Source: a virus (taxonomy: Duplodnaviria > Caudoviricetes). From it: a stretch of DNA of 34,940 nucleotides. The stretch is from the IMG/VR virus record IMGVR_UViG_3300030451_004344, positions 1 through 34,940 of that record; one strand, given 5' to 3'. The position numbers and the translations under genes are program-made. Positions 17,201-25,518 of the stretch are shown in pieces (the stretch's first letter is position 1; each line of letters opens with the position of its first letter). The notes under the pieces are model-generated. The model saw only the letters and a program-made list of their open reading frames with translations, was not told the origin of the DNA and searched no databases.

Positions 17201-17834
17201 TAGCACCCATAAGTAAGGCTCCAGCAAAAGGATTAGCAATAGTTGTTGCAATCATACCACCCATTAGAGGTATATTCTCTCCAGCAACCATAAACAACCT
17301 TTTAGGGTCTAAATAACCAAATATAGACTCTGGGGGTCTGGTAAATCTTCCAGTAGCTGGTTTTGCCTCAATCTCACTAAAATAATTAACTATATCATCA
17401 GCTTTTTCTTTTAGATACTTTTCTCTTTGTTCATCTGTTGTAATGTTTTTCTTGATCTCTTCTGGCATATTTTCAAACATTCCAGATTGATCCATATTTT
17501 GTATAATTGTAGGTATGATATTAACTGCATTCCCTAAAGCTACACCGGCATTTTTAAATCCTCTGGTCCATACATCCCCAACAGAATCAACCTCATCTTT
17601 ACGTCTTAATATTTGCTCTACATCTGTTGCATCTGGCTTTACATCTATAGGCTGTATAGACTCTGGAGATATAATAGGAGAGTAGGGTTTAAATTTAGGC
17701 TCTTCTGGTTTTTGTATTTGAGCGTTGTATTCTGGATATTTTTTTAATATTGAATTTCCAAGAGTATCGTCATCTAAATCATTATACTCTGGGTATTTAG
17801 CTCTTATGCTGGATACAAATTCTTTAAATGTCAT
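11223..17834 (-). CDS. Large polyvalent / DNA-ejection protein (degenerate zincin-like, glycosylase-like, ART-like and LPD38-like domains)
   Basis: 2203 aa; FHGSPYKFDQF...IGSGEGNQAYGFGLYF; ATSPQ...PKAKNF...TIDVW...LQAVDW; KDLTVNFNRKG...IKLPYG...NKNFFG.KI...SPETIEHIIESYTGG. Confidence 0.85.
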   Translation of the reverse strand: MTFKEFVSSIRAKYPEYNDLDDDTLGNSILKKYPEYNAQIQKPEEPKFKPYSPIISPESIQPIDVKPDATDVEQILRRKDEVDSVGDVWTRGFKNAGVALGNAVNIIPTIIQNMDQSGMFENMPEEIKKNITTDEQREKYLKEKADDIVNYFSEIEAKPATGRFTRPPESIFGYLDPKRLFMVAGENIPLMGGMIATTIANPFAGALLMGAIEGGQTKSEILQYEERTGKRVPEHLRRSIPLIVGALNASLERTGIDRILKGFPGLKSRIASVLLTSATEGTTEAFQGLNQQIAEQLTQEEKELFKDFDWSQLGQEFYAGVVLGAGSSSISEVAGIPQSKADEKFKVSKIGIEIERARDTGDFEDVTLDMAERFAKQNPEAFENNSALQFISEVRTITRETLKAKGENPDKFFVGEGLEADTKEAQVLGSTLEENGQVLINLYKGARPDTVIEEFYGNAYRNLSSEEKSIWEEYYAEKVREGETLTKQELFEKEGTQYYFDEGLYENSTIAKILQRVKQFLNNIIGRSKIDPKIRKMWEDAGYAKVGEGATSTDESFSLKKELKVERSERKTINPKNVKFSTLEKKKINTAVEGTDFNKKEVLSKVQLYKSKHPVNDGWAKLEVNKVDTSGKNPKVEYKPIPYTFQQYKGKTPNKKSPVYKRMVTSLGKKAVNDFIEVAERAKAGDKNAQAIIEQATWYSALKAKIHQQFGGQTQIFGELLGATSPQTPVSDNFKNALEALETFNKGGYDDIVQQYVQYIEDGGVPSKYKGPVPEKSNGAKYGTNSPAVLDVLASRWILTEPGSSPKAKNFALNILGKSDHATIDVWSARAWQRRSGGKRIPVQAEQGVKGKYSADGTYITGQFGVGGDAYKYAEQKLKEMGVEGFEDTQSIDLQAVDWFLEKENWTKNNWTTVSGEGGSFEDNLIVEYLPKYKGGGTKPRDYDRQQVGHSIQQLEEPTKVNIEKARERLKAVASKDNNIRAIRYEDSKGLYTYLDDSGEVIPDQEKSFDTELTVEKGYVPVEFYNEVLKISKENNQVDTFFSKVLRANEVSENARPGIEVEFKNPLSESEVEGIVSFIRGRGHDGFTLSREKRNKKGLYTGIRLQIIPEITARYDMEFRESLKDPKFLDNYIKEKNAELEDVARELDKRNDVEDSYFYSYITEVVGRENIDEYIQRKSQKSGSQIWQGRSVREETQNAIQRYEKAERKQRPTTDRNKSEKGESYQITAFHGSPYKFDQFDSSRIGSGEGNQAYGFGLYFSSKEDVARNYIPIEKDEVNGGTKKNGSLYKVTLHKGKKPADYDYMSWTDSLTPEQMEKINKLLRKRKSEYRAHLAEGVDVYQFKDSMQEFEKRGSEVYTLIAILMNGSKKKASEFLLEAGIDGIRFPAQGGVRGQFGDSENYVVFDDNVVSIDSQESYQLDALTDMTIPQRFERRFIDKLNRLKLVQESVPDLQEDEDAIQVAETLHGTVSTKLEKFRKKVYDGKESILSRAKKDGHSLDDIGEYLYARHAIERNLAMQEKNPKLETGSGMTDADANAILKKYRGTGIHKYALELYREVTNKALKVRLDAGLIDKETYQNLKSNFKNYVPLKGLLEEDGYVHTSGKGFSTTSTGIMSAFGRESKAQNPLIQAVIDYESAVYIAENNKVGNAFLKMVQNNESPIWNVTKRKFKPVYNEEGEVSYSPTNLKDDEFQTYVNGDQYVIKIRDKDLLRAMKNLNATTQNGAMRFLNKFNTYYRAINTTINPEFMITNFERDLQTALLNMTSEGKKNIKRKIVKDIKLAMSGIRSLLRKDGSHEWAKIYEEFKANGGKAGWLDFGTIEQKMADIEKDIKRAQEGNSTVQKIRDFIENYNEIIENAVRLSTYKNLVDSGISKKKSAHYAKDLTVNFNRKGEWGTAMNTLWTFSNAGMQGSNRIWRALKSKNGKKVASSITAFGFLMSALNRYWDEDEWNQFDENNKDNYFMILLPNKKAFSIKLPYGWNWFFGVGGAVEQTIFGDTTYGELITRTAKNAVDAFAPISGGSLSQFLAPTIFDPAIQLSENKNFFGGKIMKDKNYYGKTIKDYERGFKSVSPTIDRGTKGLYDLTGLDVSPETIEHIIESYTGGAGKFVANNVTTAIETGRGTLPDISKIPVLRQFVKGKSDYRSYEKAKKMLDVAEDKKLDRKLFRKYLNEARASKTIDTKNYRRLLGKFNKAQRKARRGN

Positions 17835-18639
17835 CAGTAAATATTCCTAAAGGATCAGAGTTTATAATTTTATCATTTTCTTTTTGAAGTTTTAAATCAT
17901 CAAGGGCTTGTTCTTGTGCCCAAGAATAACCGTTATCATTACCCTTTATTTTTTTCAATTCTTCTTTTGACAAATTCAAGCTCTCTATCCCCTCTTTTTG
18001 CCAATACTTCCTCCTCTCTTGCACATATTTTTTATCGGAGACATTTTTTCTAAAATCCCCAAAAGTTTTTTTAGCCCACTCTATTAACATATTTTTTTTC
18101 TCTGGCTCTGGTGCTTCCATATAATCCTTTGGGCTGTCTTTTATTATTTTTTTATATATTGGAAGTTCTCGAACAAGTATTTTTCGTGCATCCTCTAGTG
18201 CTTTTATTTCGTCTTCTGGTAAGTCTTGCAATAATATTTCATCTATATCTGATATTTGCTGATTAACAGTTGGCTCTTTTTTTTGAGCTTTAAATCGCTC
18301 TGGTATAAAAGGACCTCCAGCAGTTAAACTATCTCTGGTTGAAAATCCAGTAGCCGGGTCAATAAAATCACCACCTATTTTAAGTTGTGATTGGATTTTC
18401 TTTTCTTTTTCAGTAAGGTTTTTTGGAGCTTTTTCTTTACGCTCTTTTTCTTCAGCTTTAAGTTGGTTTTCAATTAATTTTCTTCTTGCTAACGCTAATT
18501 TCGTTTCATCATCAGCACCCTTACTATATATCTTTATTGCTCTTTTTCGTGCCTTTTCTTTGTCAGTAAAGGGCTCGTCATTAACAAAATAAGTTAATTT
18601 ACCGTCAATAAGTTGCTTTCTCACTAAAGGTCTAGTCAT
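17824..18639 (-). CDS. Putative internal virion/ejection protein
   Basis: Charged helical protein ending DPLGIF, just upstream of the large ejection protein. Confidence 0.6.
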   Translation of the reverse strand: MTRPLVRKQLIDGKLTYFVNDEPFTDKEKARKRAIKIYSKGADDETKLALARRKLIENQLKAEEKERKEKAPKNLTEKEKKIQSQLKIGGDFIDPATGFSTRDSLTAGGPFIPERFKAQKKEPTVNQQISDIDEILLQDLPEDEIKALEDARKILVRELPIYKKIIKDSPKDYMEAPEPEKKNMLIEWAKKTFGDFRKNVSDKKYVQERRKYWQKEGIESLNLSKEELKKIKGNDNGYSWAQEQALDDLKLQKENDKIINSDPLGIFTDDI

Positions 18640-18656
18640 TTTTTACTCCATAACTA

Positions 18657-19367
18657 TTAACTAAAAAAATCATCTAAATAGCTTTCATATTGTGAATTAC
18701 TCATTGCATCAATTTCCGATTGTGAAATGTTATAGTCACCACCACCACCTTGATTAGCAAGACTATCAAAACCACCAGAGTTTATAAATGCCTCACTAGC
18801 ATCAAGATTTATTTTAGCTATATCTCTTAACCGTTCTCTCCAGCCGTATCCGGGTATACTTGGCATTCCAGCTATTTGAGATTCTATCTTTCTTGACCTA
18901 TCATCTTTCATCATATTAAACTGCTCTAGTTGATCTTCAGCTCTTCTCTTGGCTTCAGCATTGGCTAGTGCCATCTTACGTGCTTGTTGTGCAATACTGG
19001 CAAGGACATCCTTATCAACTTTTCTTCTTAATTCTTGTGCAACTATTGAGTTTTCTAAGCCTTGTTGTATAGCTTGACCTTGTGAGCCTATACGGTTAAA
19101 TTGACCTTGCTGACGAGTTCTTTGCATAGCCTCTCTACCAGCCTCATTGATTAGAGGGTCACCTTGTTCTATTATGTCTCTTCTACGTTTTTCGTATTCA
19201 CGTTCTGCTGGAGTTACTTCAGCTAGTTTTCTCAATCCAGCAATCTTTCTTCCTTGGTCTTTTCTTGCTTGTTTTCGGGCTTGTTCATTTTGATATGCAT
19301 TATAAACACCCTTTCCTACGGCTAGACCAGCTTTAATACTGCCTAAAGCTAAAACTGGTAATGGCAT
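18657..19367 (-). CDS. Putative ejection (pilot) protein
   Basis: Gly/Ala hydrophobic N-terminus followed by Q/A/R-rich coiled coil; typical podovirus position. Confidence 0.7.
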   Translation of the reverse strand: MPLPVLALGSIKAGLAVGKGVYNAYQNEQARKQARKDQGRKIAGLRKLAEVTPAEREYEKRRRDIIEQGDPLINEAGREAMQRTRQQGQFNRIGSQGQAIQQGLENSIVAQELRRKVDKDVLASIAQQARKMALANAEAKRRAEDQLEQFNMMKDDRSRKIESQIAGMPSIPGYGWRERLRDIAKINLDASEAFINSGGFDSLANQGGGGDYNISQSEIDAMSNSQYESYLDDFFS

Positions 19368-19945
19368 TAGACTTCCCTCCTTATCTGATGTATTAACTCT
19401 CTATCAGCATCTTGTCGCTTTATCTTTTCTATACTACTCATCCAGAGTGGCCAGAATTTTTCCATTATGCCATCTATTTTTGCACCAGCTATAGCGACTG
19501 CATAGTAGCATAAGTCAGTATGATATTGTTCTGGAATAGTAGGTGAACCATTTATATATGGCTCACCATCAGTGGGTGATTGGTCTACTGTTCTATAGTA
19601 AGATAGGTTTACAGTTCCAGTAGGGATTGTGTCAAAGTGGAGCTCTTGGTTCCGAATAAAATACCCACGAGGGTCTCCATCTGATTTAGTTCCATCTGAT
19701 TTATATACAATATCAGACTCGTTAATTGGCACGAGCTTATCGCCCTTATGTGTAATTAAGATTACACTCTTAAAGGTATTTGGCAATGTAGCTACTCCAG
19801 CCGTTATAGATAATGATTCGCTGTTTTCAACAATATCAACCTCACGTGTTAGCTCAAACTCTGCCTCAACAAGCAACTGCTTTAGTGCTCCCTTTTGTGC
19901 ATCCACATATAAAAGTGATCTATCTGCTAATTTTTCAAATGTCAT
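19367..19945 (-). CDS. Head-tail adaptor / tail ring protein
   Basis: TLP..F..V...G.P..YF.....L.F..IP...V.LSYY...PTIPEQYHTDLCYYAV pattern. Confidence 0.75.
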   Translation of the reverse strand: MTFEKLADRSLLYVDAQKGALKQLLVEAEFELTREVDIVENSESLSITAGVATLPNTFKSVILITHKGDKLVPINESDIVYKSDGTKSDGDPRGYFIRNQELHFDTIPTGTVNLSYYRTVDQSPTDGEPYINGSPTIPEQYHTDLCYYAVAIAGAKIDGIMEKFWPLWMSSIEKIKRQDADRELIHQIRREV

Positions 19946-20077
19946 TTAAGGCTCCAATACCTTTATTCTATTTTCTAATGCTGTTATCTTTGTTTCTAAA
20001 TCACGAACCTTCTGCTCGAACATTCGTATAATTCTTGCTGTTACCTCTGAATCTCCTCTGGTTGAAATACTACTCAT
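19946..20077 (-). CDS. 43-aa coiled-coil virion-region peptide (not in ORF track)
   Basis: Manual translation MSSISTRGDSEVTARIIRMFEQKVRDLETKITALENRIKVLEP. Confidence 0.65.
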   Translation of the reverse strand: MSSISTRGDSEVTARIIRMFEQKVRDLETKITALENRIKVLEP

Positions 20078-23036
20078 CTACATCTACCTCTATTCTTCCA
20101 ATTTCAACTGTTGAGACATCTTGTGGTCCATATATTTTTAGTTTATAATTCTTTGCTCTCACGCCTACACGGAATGAATCAATTTTATTAGTACCTATAA
20201 GACGATAGTTGCCGTTCTCATCATTACTTGTCCATCTAACTTTTGTATCGTTATCATCTGTGTATATTTCAGCGACAATACCACTAGGAGCAGTATATCG
20301 AATATCCAAAGAGCGTATAATCTTATTGAACTCCATATCTGATATAGGTATCCAACCAGTTTCATATACAAAGTCTGTAACCTCTACTGGTGTTGTAGGG
20401 TCTAAAGAGTTAAATGATGTATCGTTTTCAGAAGTTTGTACTTCGTGTTCAAGAGTGTAAGTGACTAAATTTTCATCAATTGCAAATAAGTTAGTTTTTT
20501 CTGATCCAGCATTGAGCTTTGACCATCCATTATCTTTTAGGCTATAGGCATATATAATATTTACTTCATCACCAAACTTACATAGTAACCTATCTTTTTT
20601 AGGGTCTAAGTGAAGTATTGTGTTTGCATTTGCTAGAGCTTGATAATCATCTCTTATAGGGCCAGTAATCGGCACTGCATTAAAGTTTGCATCCAAAAAG
20701 TATATGTCACTCTCATTAGCAAAAAATAAATTACCCTCATTCTTTATTATTGAATCTGGAGCAGTACACCCAATATTTTCTTCAGCCTCAACCAATGACC
20801 ATTGTGTTGGGTCAGCAGAAGGAACATTTATTCTATATATTCCACGACTCATAAACACAACAACGTCACCCAGGAGGGTCTCTAATCCAGTGATTTCACC
20901 ACCTTGCTTATCATTTAATTGTATGTAGTTTGTAATTGGCAGTACATCGAACTGGCCAAGTTCAGAGTAAATAATCCAATCTTTGTGTAATTCATTTTCA
21001 CCAGTTGGATCAAGTGCAACATTACCAGCAAATAATCTTCCATCAGATAAGGTAGAATACTTGTAGTAAGTATCTATTTTAGTTTCATCATAAGGATGGA
21101 CTACTCCATCTTGCAAACCTTTGTCATAAAAAGTTAGTAGCTTATAATCACCGACATCTCTCCACTGATAATTATTACATATGCTCAACTCCCCAGTATA
21201 GGTTGACTCATTGTATGGGAATGTAGTTGAAGTAGAACTAAAATGGGTTGATTTGTAAAACTGTATAGCTTTATCAGTATTTTGATAAATCCATCCATAC
21301 CTTGTGCTTGTTCCAGATAAACCGTGTTGAAATGTCCAGCCTTGATGAGAGTTATTGGTTCCTAGCTTAGGCTCAGTAAAAACAACTGTATCTACACCAC
21401 CAAAGCCCTCTGTTCCAGATTTTAAAAATTTACCAACAGACATAGCGTCTGCAACAAATTGACTATCTACATTAAATTCTATAGTAAGTTTTACTTGCCC
21501 ACTTCCAGTAGTTCCTCTTATTGATAACTTTTCCCATCCAGTTTTACCATTACCTAGTCTGTACGTATCTGTATCCTTGTTTGTAGTGGTGATAGTACTA
21601 CTTACAGAACCTAAAACTGTCCCATTTTGTGCAATCTGATTAGCTGTGCCGGTAGAATGTGCTCTCATTTTTAGTTCAAGGTCTCCAGCATTAGCAGATG
21701 ATTGATATGTTGTAGCCCAAATTTCAAAGTAATACTCAGTATTCTCATCAACATCATAAACTGGACTATATACAGTACCACTACCACCAGTTAATCCTAA
21801 TGCTCCGTGTCCAGTAAAAGACTCTTGAAATGTTGTATTATGTACGGGAGTTGTAGGACTAAAGGCATCCTCTTCCCAGTCTGTAAAGCTACCACCAGTA
21901 GTACTATGAAATGATCCATTTGTATTTTGTGTATGAAGATTGCTTTCAATAATTGTAAAGCTATCATTCCATAATCGCTGAGCTTTAGAAACTAATTGTA
22001 AACTTCCAGTTTGTGAATAGCCATTACCAGTTGGATTATTCTCTAAAGAACCAACTCGATGAATTTCTTTTGTGTGTGATGAATCTACTGAAGAATGAAT
22101 GGGTACAGTCCACCCACTAAACAATAAAAGTTTATTAGCATATTCAGATGTAACTCCATTTAAATACACGTAGCTATATGTTGTATCTGATGAATCACTT
22201 GGGTATACTCCAGATGTTATATGTGTTCTATTAGGGTCTGTAGCCAATGTAGATACTGAACCTATCTTGTAATACACCCCATTGCTTTGTGTAGACCTAT
22301 AAATATTTATTCCAGTAATACGCTTATTAAAACTTTGGTAATCTGCATCTGACTCGGTTGCTGTTACGTGTAAACCTATTGAAGGTACTGATTCTGTATT
22401 TGTGTTCCCAGACGTATCGCCTAAAAATGTATCTAAAGGACCTTCTTGAATGCCATCATAAACAAATGAGCATTTATAATAATATGTTTTATTTGAGAGA
22501 TCGTGAAAGGCTGTTAAACTTCCAGTGGTCATTCCATCTTCTGTTTCGTATTCATTTGATGCATAAAACCATCCAGAGTTGTTACTACTTCTAATAATTG
22601 AACTCTCAGATAATCTTCTTGGAGTAGCTGTATCTAAATTAAAGTTTGTATACGCTCCTTCATTTGCATCCCAAAAAAAGTCTCTGTTTATGTATTGATA
22701 TACTTGTGGTGATGCAGTTAAACCCCGTGATATTCTTAATATGTCACCGTGATTAAATAAGCGTATAAATGAGTCTGCACTTAGTTGATCTTGAATTTGT
22801 GTAAACCCAGTGCTTTGATATATTACAAATGTTTGTCCAGTATGAGACACTTCTGTACCATCTGGAGTAGTTTCAGTAATATCAATTCTAGCATTAAGTG
22901 GGTAATCAGTAGGACCAATCCCGGTTAAAGTATTAGGAATTTCCCAAGTGAGGTTTCCATTGGCATCTAATCCACTACTTATTGTCTCTATTAAACTACC
23001 ATCTGAAACTTTTATTAATTCTAATCTAACAGACAT
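20070..23036 (-). CDS. Tail nozzle/stabilisation protein (P22 gp10-like beta-propeller) with inserted beta-sandwich domains
   Basis: GRLFAGNV...IIYSE..QFD...GGEITGL...IGCTAPDSI...YETGW motifs; likely start at ATG 23036 (TGATG overlap). Confidence 0.78.
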   Translation of the reverse strand: MSVRLELIKVSDGSLIETISSGLDANGNLTWEIPNTLTGIGPTDYPLNARIDITETTPDGTEVSHTGQTFVIYQSTGFTQIQDQLSADSFIRLFNHGDILRISRGLTASPQVYQYINRDFFWDANEGAYTNFNLDTATPRRLSESSIIRSSNNSGWFYASNEYETEDGMTTGSLTAFHDLSNKTYYYKCSFVYDGIQEGPLDTFLGDTSGNTNTESVPSIGLHVTATESDADYQSFNKRITGINIYRSTQSNGVYYKIGSVSTLATDPNRTHITSGVYPSDSSDTTYSYVYLNGVTSEYANKLLLFSGWTVPIHSSVDSSHTKEIHRVGSLENNPTGNGYSQTGSLQLVSKAQRLWNDSFTIIESNLHTQNTNGSFHSTTGGSFTDWEEDAFSPTTPVHNTTFQESFTGHGALGLTGGSGTVYSPVYDVDENTEYYFEIWATTYQSSANAGDLELKMRAHSTGTANQIAQNGTVLGSVSSTITTTNKDTDTYRLGNGKTGWEKLSIRGTTGSGQVKLTIEFNVDSQFVADAMSVGKFLKSGTEGFGGVDTVVFTEPKLGTNNSHQGWTFQHGLSGTSTRYGWIYQNTDKAIQFYKSTHFSSTSTTFPYNESTYTGELSICNNYQWRDVGDYKLLTFYDKGLQDGVVHPYDETKIDTYYKYSTLSDGRLFAGNVALDPTGENELHKDWIIYSELGQFDVLPITNYIQLNDKQGGEITGLETLLGDVVVFMSRGIYRINVPSADPTQWSLVEAEENIGCTAPDSIIKNEGNLFFANESDIYFLDANFNAVPITGPIRDDYQALANANTILHLDPKKDRLLCKFGDEVNIIYAYSLKDNGWSKLNAGSEKTNLFAIDENLVTYTLEHEVQTSENDTSFNSLDPTTPVEVTDFVYETGWIPISDMEFNKIIRSLDIRYTAPSGIVAEIYTDDNDTKVRWTSNDENGNYRLIGTNKIDSFRVGVRAKNYKLKIYGPQDVSTVEIGRIEVDVDE

Positions 23037-23758
23037 CAGCTTGTCCCATCTGAAGTTGTCCACGACATATCTAGTTTTTGTCCTATAAATATATCATCGA
23101 CTGGGTTAAGAGTTATTGAAGGTAAAGTGTCTTGACCATTCCATCCCGGTTGTAGATTTGTATAAGGACCTAGTTTATAACTGCTTGAAAGCGTATCTCC
23201 AGCAAGTGGTGTGCAATCGAATTTAGCTTTAAAAAATGGCCTTATCCTAAAATACGTTCTACCTAAATCTGTAAAAAGATTTATGTAGTGTGATAAAGAA
23301 GATGACGGTAGTATGTATCCATTTTCTCTTGTTGCCCCACCAGATGTCCCATACAAATCACTTGGCTTGACGGTTATATCTTGTTGCATCGCATTTTCAG
23401 CTATTGTGTAAAATTCACTCTCCCCTTTATCAAAAACGTAAAAGTTAGAATGACCATTAGGGTCAGTGTCAAATGAGGCATCTAAATTAGTTGTTATAGA
23501 TGGGTTATAGTAAGGGTATGATAACCTCACTAAATTGCCTTGTGTGTATTCTGGGTCTGCATATGCATAAAATCGCCAAGACATCGATACTGCAATTGGC
23601 TTCCCATAGTAATACAATGGGTCAGACGATCCAGTAGCCGATGGAAGGTTTCTTTGAATCGTTATATTTATATTGTTAGTTTCATTTGTATGAATACCAT
23701 CAACACTATGGTCGGGAGACGTTTGAATTAAATTAATATATGCTCTTACAATAGCCAT
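23036..23758 (-). CDS. Virion structural protein (beta-rich)
   Basis: S/T/N/Y-rich, TAATG-coupled, in the tail region. Confidence 0.7.
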   Translation of the reverse strand: MAIVRAYINLIQTSPDHSVDGIHTNETNNINITIQRNLPSATGSSDPLYYYGKPIAVSMSWRFYAYADPEYTQGNLVRLSYPYYNPSITTNLDASFDTDPNGHSNFYVFDKGESEFYTIAENAMQQDITVKPSDLYGTSGGATRENGYILPSSSLSHYINLFTDLGRTYFRIRPFFKAKFDCTPLAGDTLSSSYKLGPYTNLQPGWNGQDTLPSITLNPVDDIFIGQKLDMSWTTSDGTS

Positions 23759-25263
23759 TAATTTGGTGTATTATTCCAAGTTAGGTCTATGTTTTGACCA
23801 ACAAATAATGAGCTTATTGTTGTTGTCATCCCTATTTGATATGATGCAACAGTAAAATTAGCACCTTTTGAATATGCTCGTGTTCCATCTTCTACAATAC
23901 TATATCCCTCAAGCCTATATGTCCCCGGGGTCAATGATACTCCTCCAGAGTCTGTTGCTGATCCAAGAGCTAATGTTATATTGCTTTCCTCTGTTGGAGC
24001 TGTTGGCCACGTACCAGCAAAATACTTACTAACAGTGTTTCCGTTTGCATCATAAATAGCTGGAGATGTTTGACCAGCACTATCCCAGTATGTAGTGCCA
24101 CCACTAACTGGAGGGGCATTTACATCTACAAGCCAGACATAAAAATTATTTCCATCAGCTATTGTATTTGTACTGATTGCATCTGTCATACGATCAAATT
24201 GGAAAACTACATCACCAATTGATGTGTCATCTGGTTTTGCCATTTCAACTGGGTTTTTAACTGTCACATCTTGCGATGCTGAAACCTCACCAGATGATGC
24301 ATTAGTTACCTCTAATGTAAAAGTAACCCCAGAAACTTGTTCTGCAATTCCATCATCATTACTTGTAATCAAGGTTGTAGCTATACCTAATTTTTGAGCA
24401 TCATCGTGACTTAGAGCGATATTTGTAAGACTACCATTACCACCAGATGTTATACTTCCACCATTAAGGTCTGTATTTGTAATCCCAGTTGCAAGTGTCG
24501 CTGAATTTCCATTATATGAGGCTACAAGGTCCATAAGCCAGTTTGTTGGGTTAGATTGTGTTGTTGTTGAATAAGCTATAGTAGCTCCACCACCATAAGA
24601 CTCGTCAACTACCTCTTCTGTCCCATCTGCTTGTACTCCAATAATCTGAATAACTGAACTATCATATATGGTCCCAGCCGGAACTGATGGGCTTGATGCA
24701 TTTGTACTTGGTATTGCTATTTGATTTGAGATTGAGATTGGATATACACCAGTGCTACCAGTCTGTGTTAATGTTGCAGAGTAGCTTGATGTAAACTCAT
24801 TATCTTTAAATGAAGATGTTGCATCCGAGTACCCATTCTGGATCATTGCTTTTACATTAATTTTGTAAGAGCTGTAAATACTACCAAGGCCAGAAGATTC
24901 CCACTCACCAGTAATATTATAATGAGTAGAGGTTAACTGTCTGTTTACAAATATGTGAGACAAATCTGCACTTCTAACTGAAGTATTACCTATGTAAATT
25001 ACTTGTAGCACCCCAGTCGAGGGCTTGACATTTAATACACGATACATATCACCGGGTGCTGGTGGACCAGATTTCTTCGCTTGATCTAAAACATAATGAA
25101 CACTACTAGGTGTTGGGCTTAAAACCGGATAAAAATCTGGGTTATTAATTAATTTAAATGAATCACCTCGTACCAATCTACCTCCGACATCATCAAATAA
25201 AAATCCTCCAGATGATAGAGCTGATGAAATTGATAAAGCTCCGTGAAAATTTACTTCGTGCAT
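23758..25263 (-). CDS. Virion structural protein with Ig-like, S/T/G-rich domains
   Basis: 501 aa, beta-rich composition, AGGAG RBS. Confidence 0.7.
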   Translation of the reverse strand: MHEVNFHGALSISSALSSGGFLFDDVGGRLVRGDSFKLINNPDFYPVLSPTPSSVHYVLDQAKKSGPPAPGDMYRVLNVKPSTGVLQVIYIGNTSVRSADLSHIFVNRQLTSTHYNITGEWESSGLGSIYSSYKINVKAMIQNGYSDATSSFKDNEFTSSYSATLTQTGSTGVYPISISNQIAIPSTNASSPSVPAGTIYDSSVIQIIGVQADGTEEVVDESYGGGATIAYSTTTQSNPTNWLMDLVASYNGNSATLATGITNTDLNGGSITSGGNGSLTNIALSHDDAQKLGIATTLITSNDDGIAEQVSGVTFTLEVTNASSGEVSASQDVTVKNPVEMAKPDDTSIGDVVFQFDRMTDAISTNTIADGNNFYVWLVDVNAPPVSGGTTYWDSAGQTSPAIYDANGNTVSKYFAGTWPTAPTEESNITLALGSATDSGGVSLTPGTYRLEGYSIVEDGTRAYSKGANFTVASYQIGMTTTISSLFVGQNIDLTWNNTPN

Positions 25264-25272
25264 TTTTTACTC

Positions 25273-25518
25273 CTAATCAAATTTTATAAGTCTGTCTGCC
25301 TCTGAGTCGTAAGCAACCCAGTTCTGAGTCCCGTTTGCATCCCATCTAATCACACGGGTTAAAGTCATATTGTTAAAATATTTTGTAAAGGCCCTTCCTT
25401 TACGTTTATAAATCATTCCCTTTTTGTTACCTTCTAAATTTTCAGCATTTAAAACATCGACATCCTCTGAATCAGATTGTGTGTCAATGTATGGTGAGAG
25501 CTTGATAACGTACTTCAT
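25273..25518 (-). CDS. Short protein resembling the N-terminus of nozzle proteins
   Basis: IDTQSDSEDV...ENL....KGMIYKRKG; directly follows the adaptor gene. Confidence 0.55.
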   Translation of the reverse strand: MKYVIKLSPYIDTQSDSEDVDVLNAENLEGNKKGMIYKRKGRAFTKYFNNMTLTRVIRWDANGTQNWVAYDSEADRLIKFD

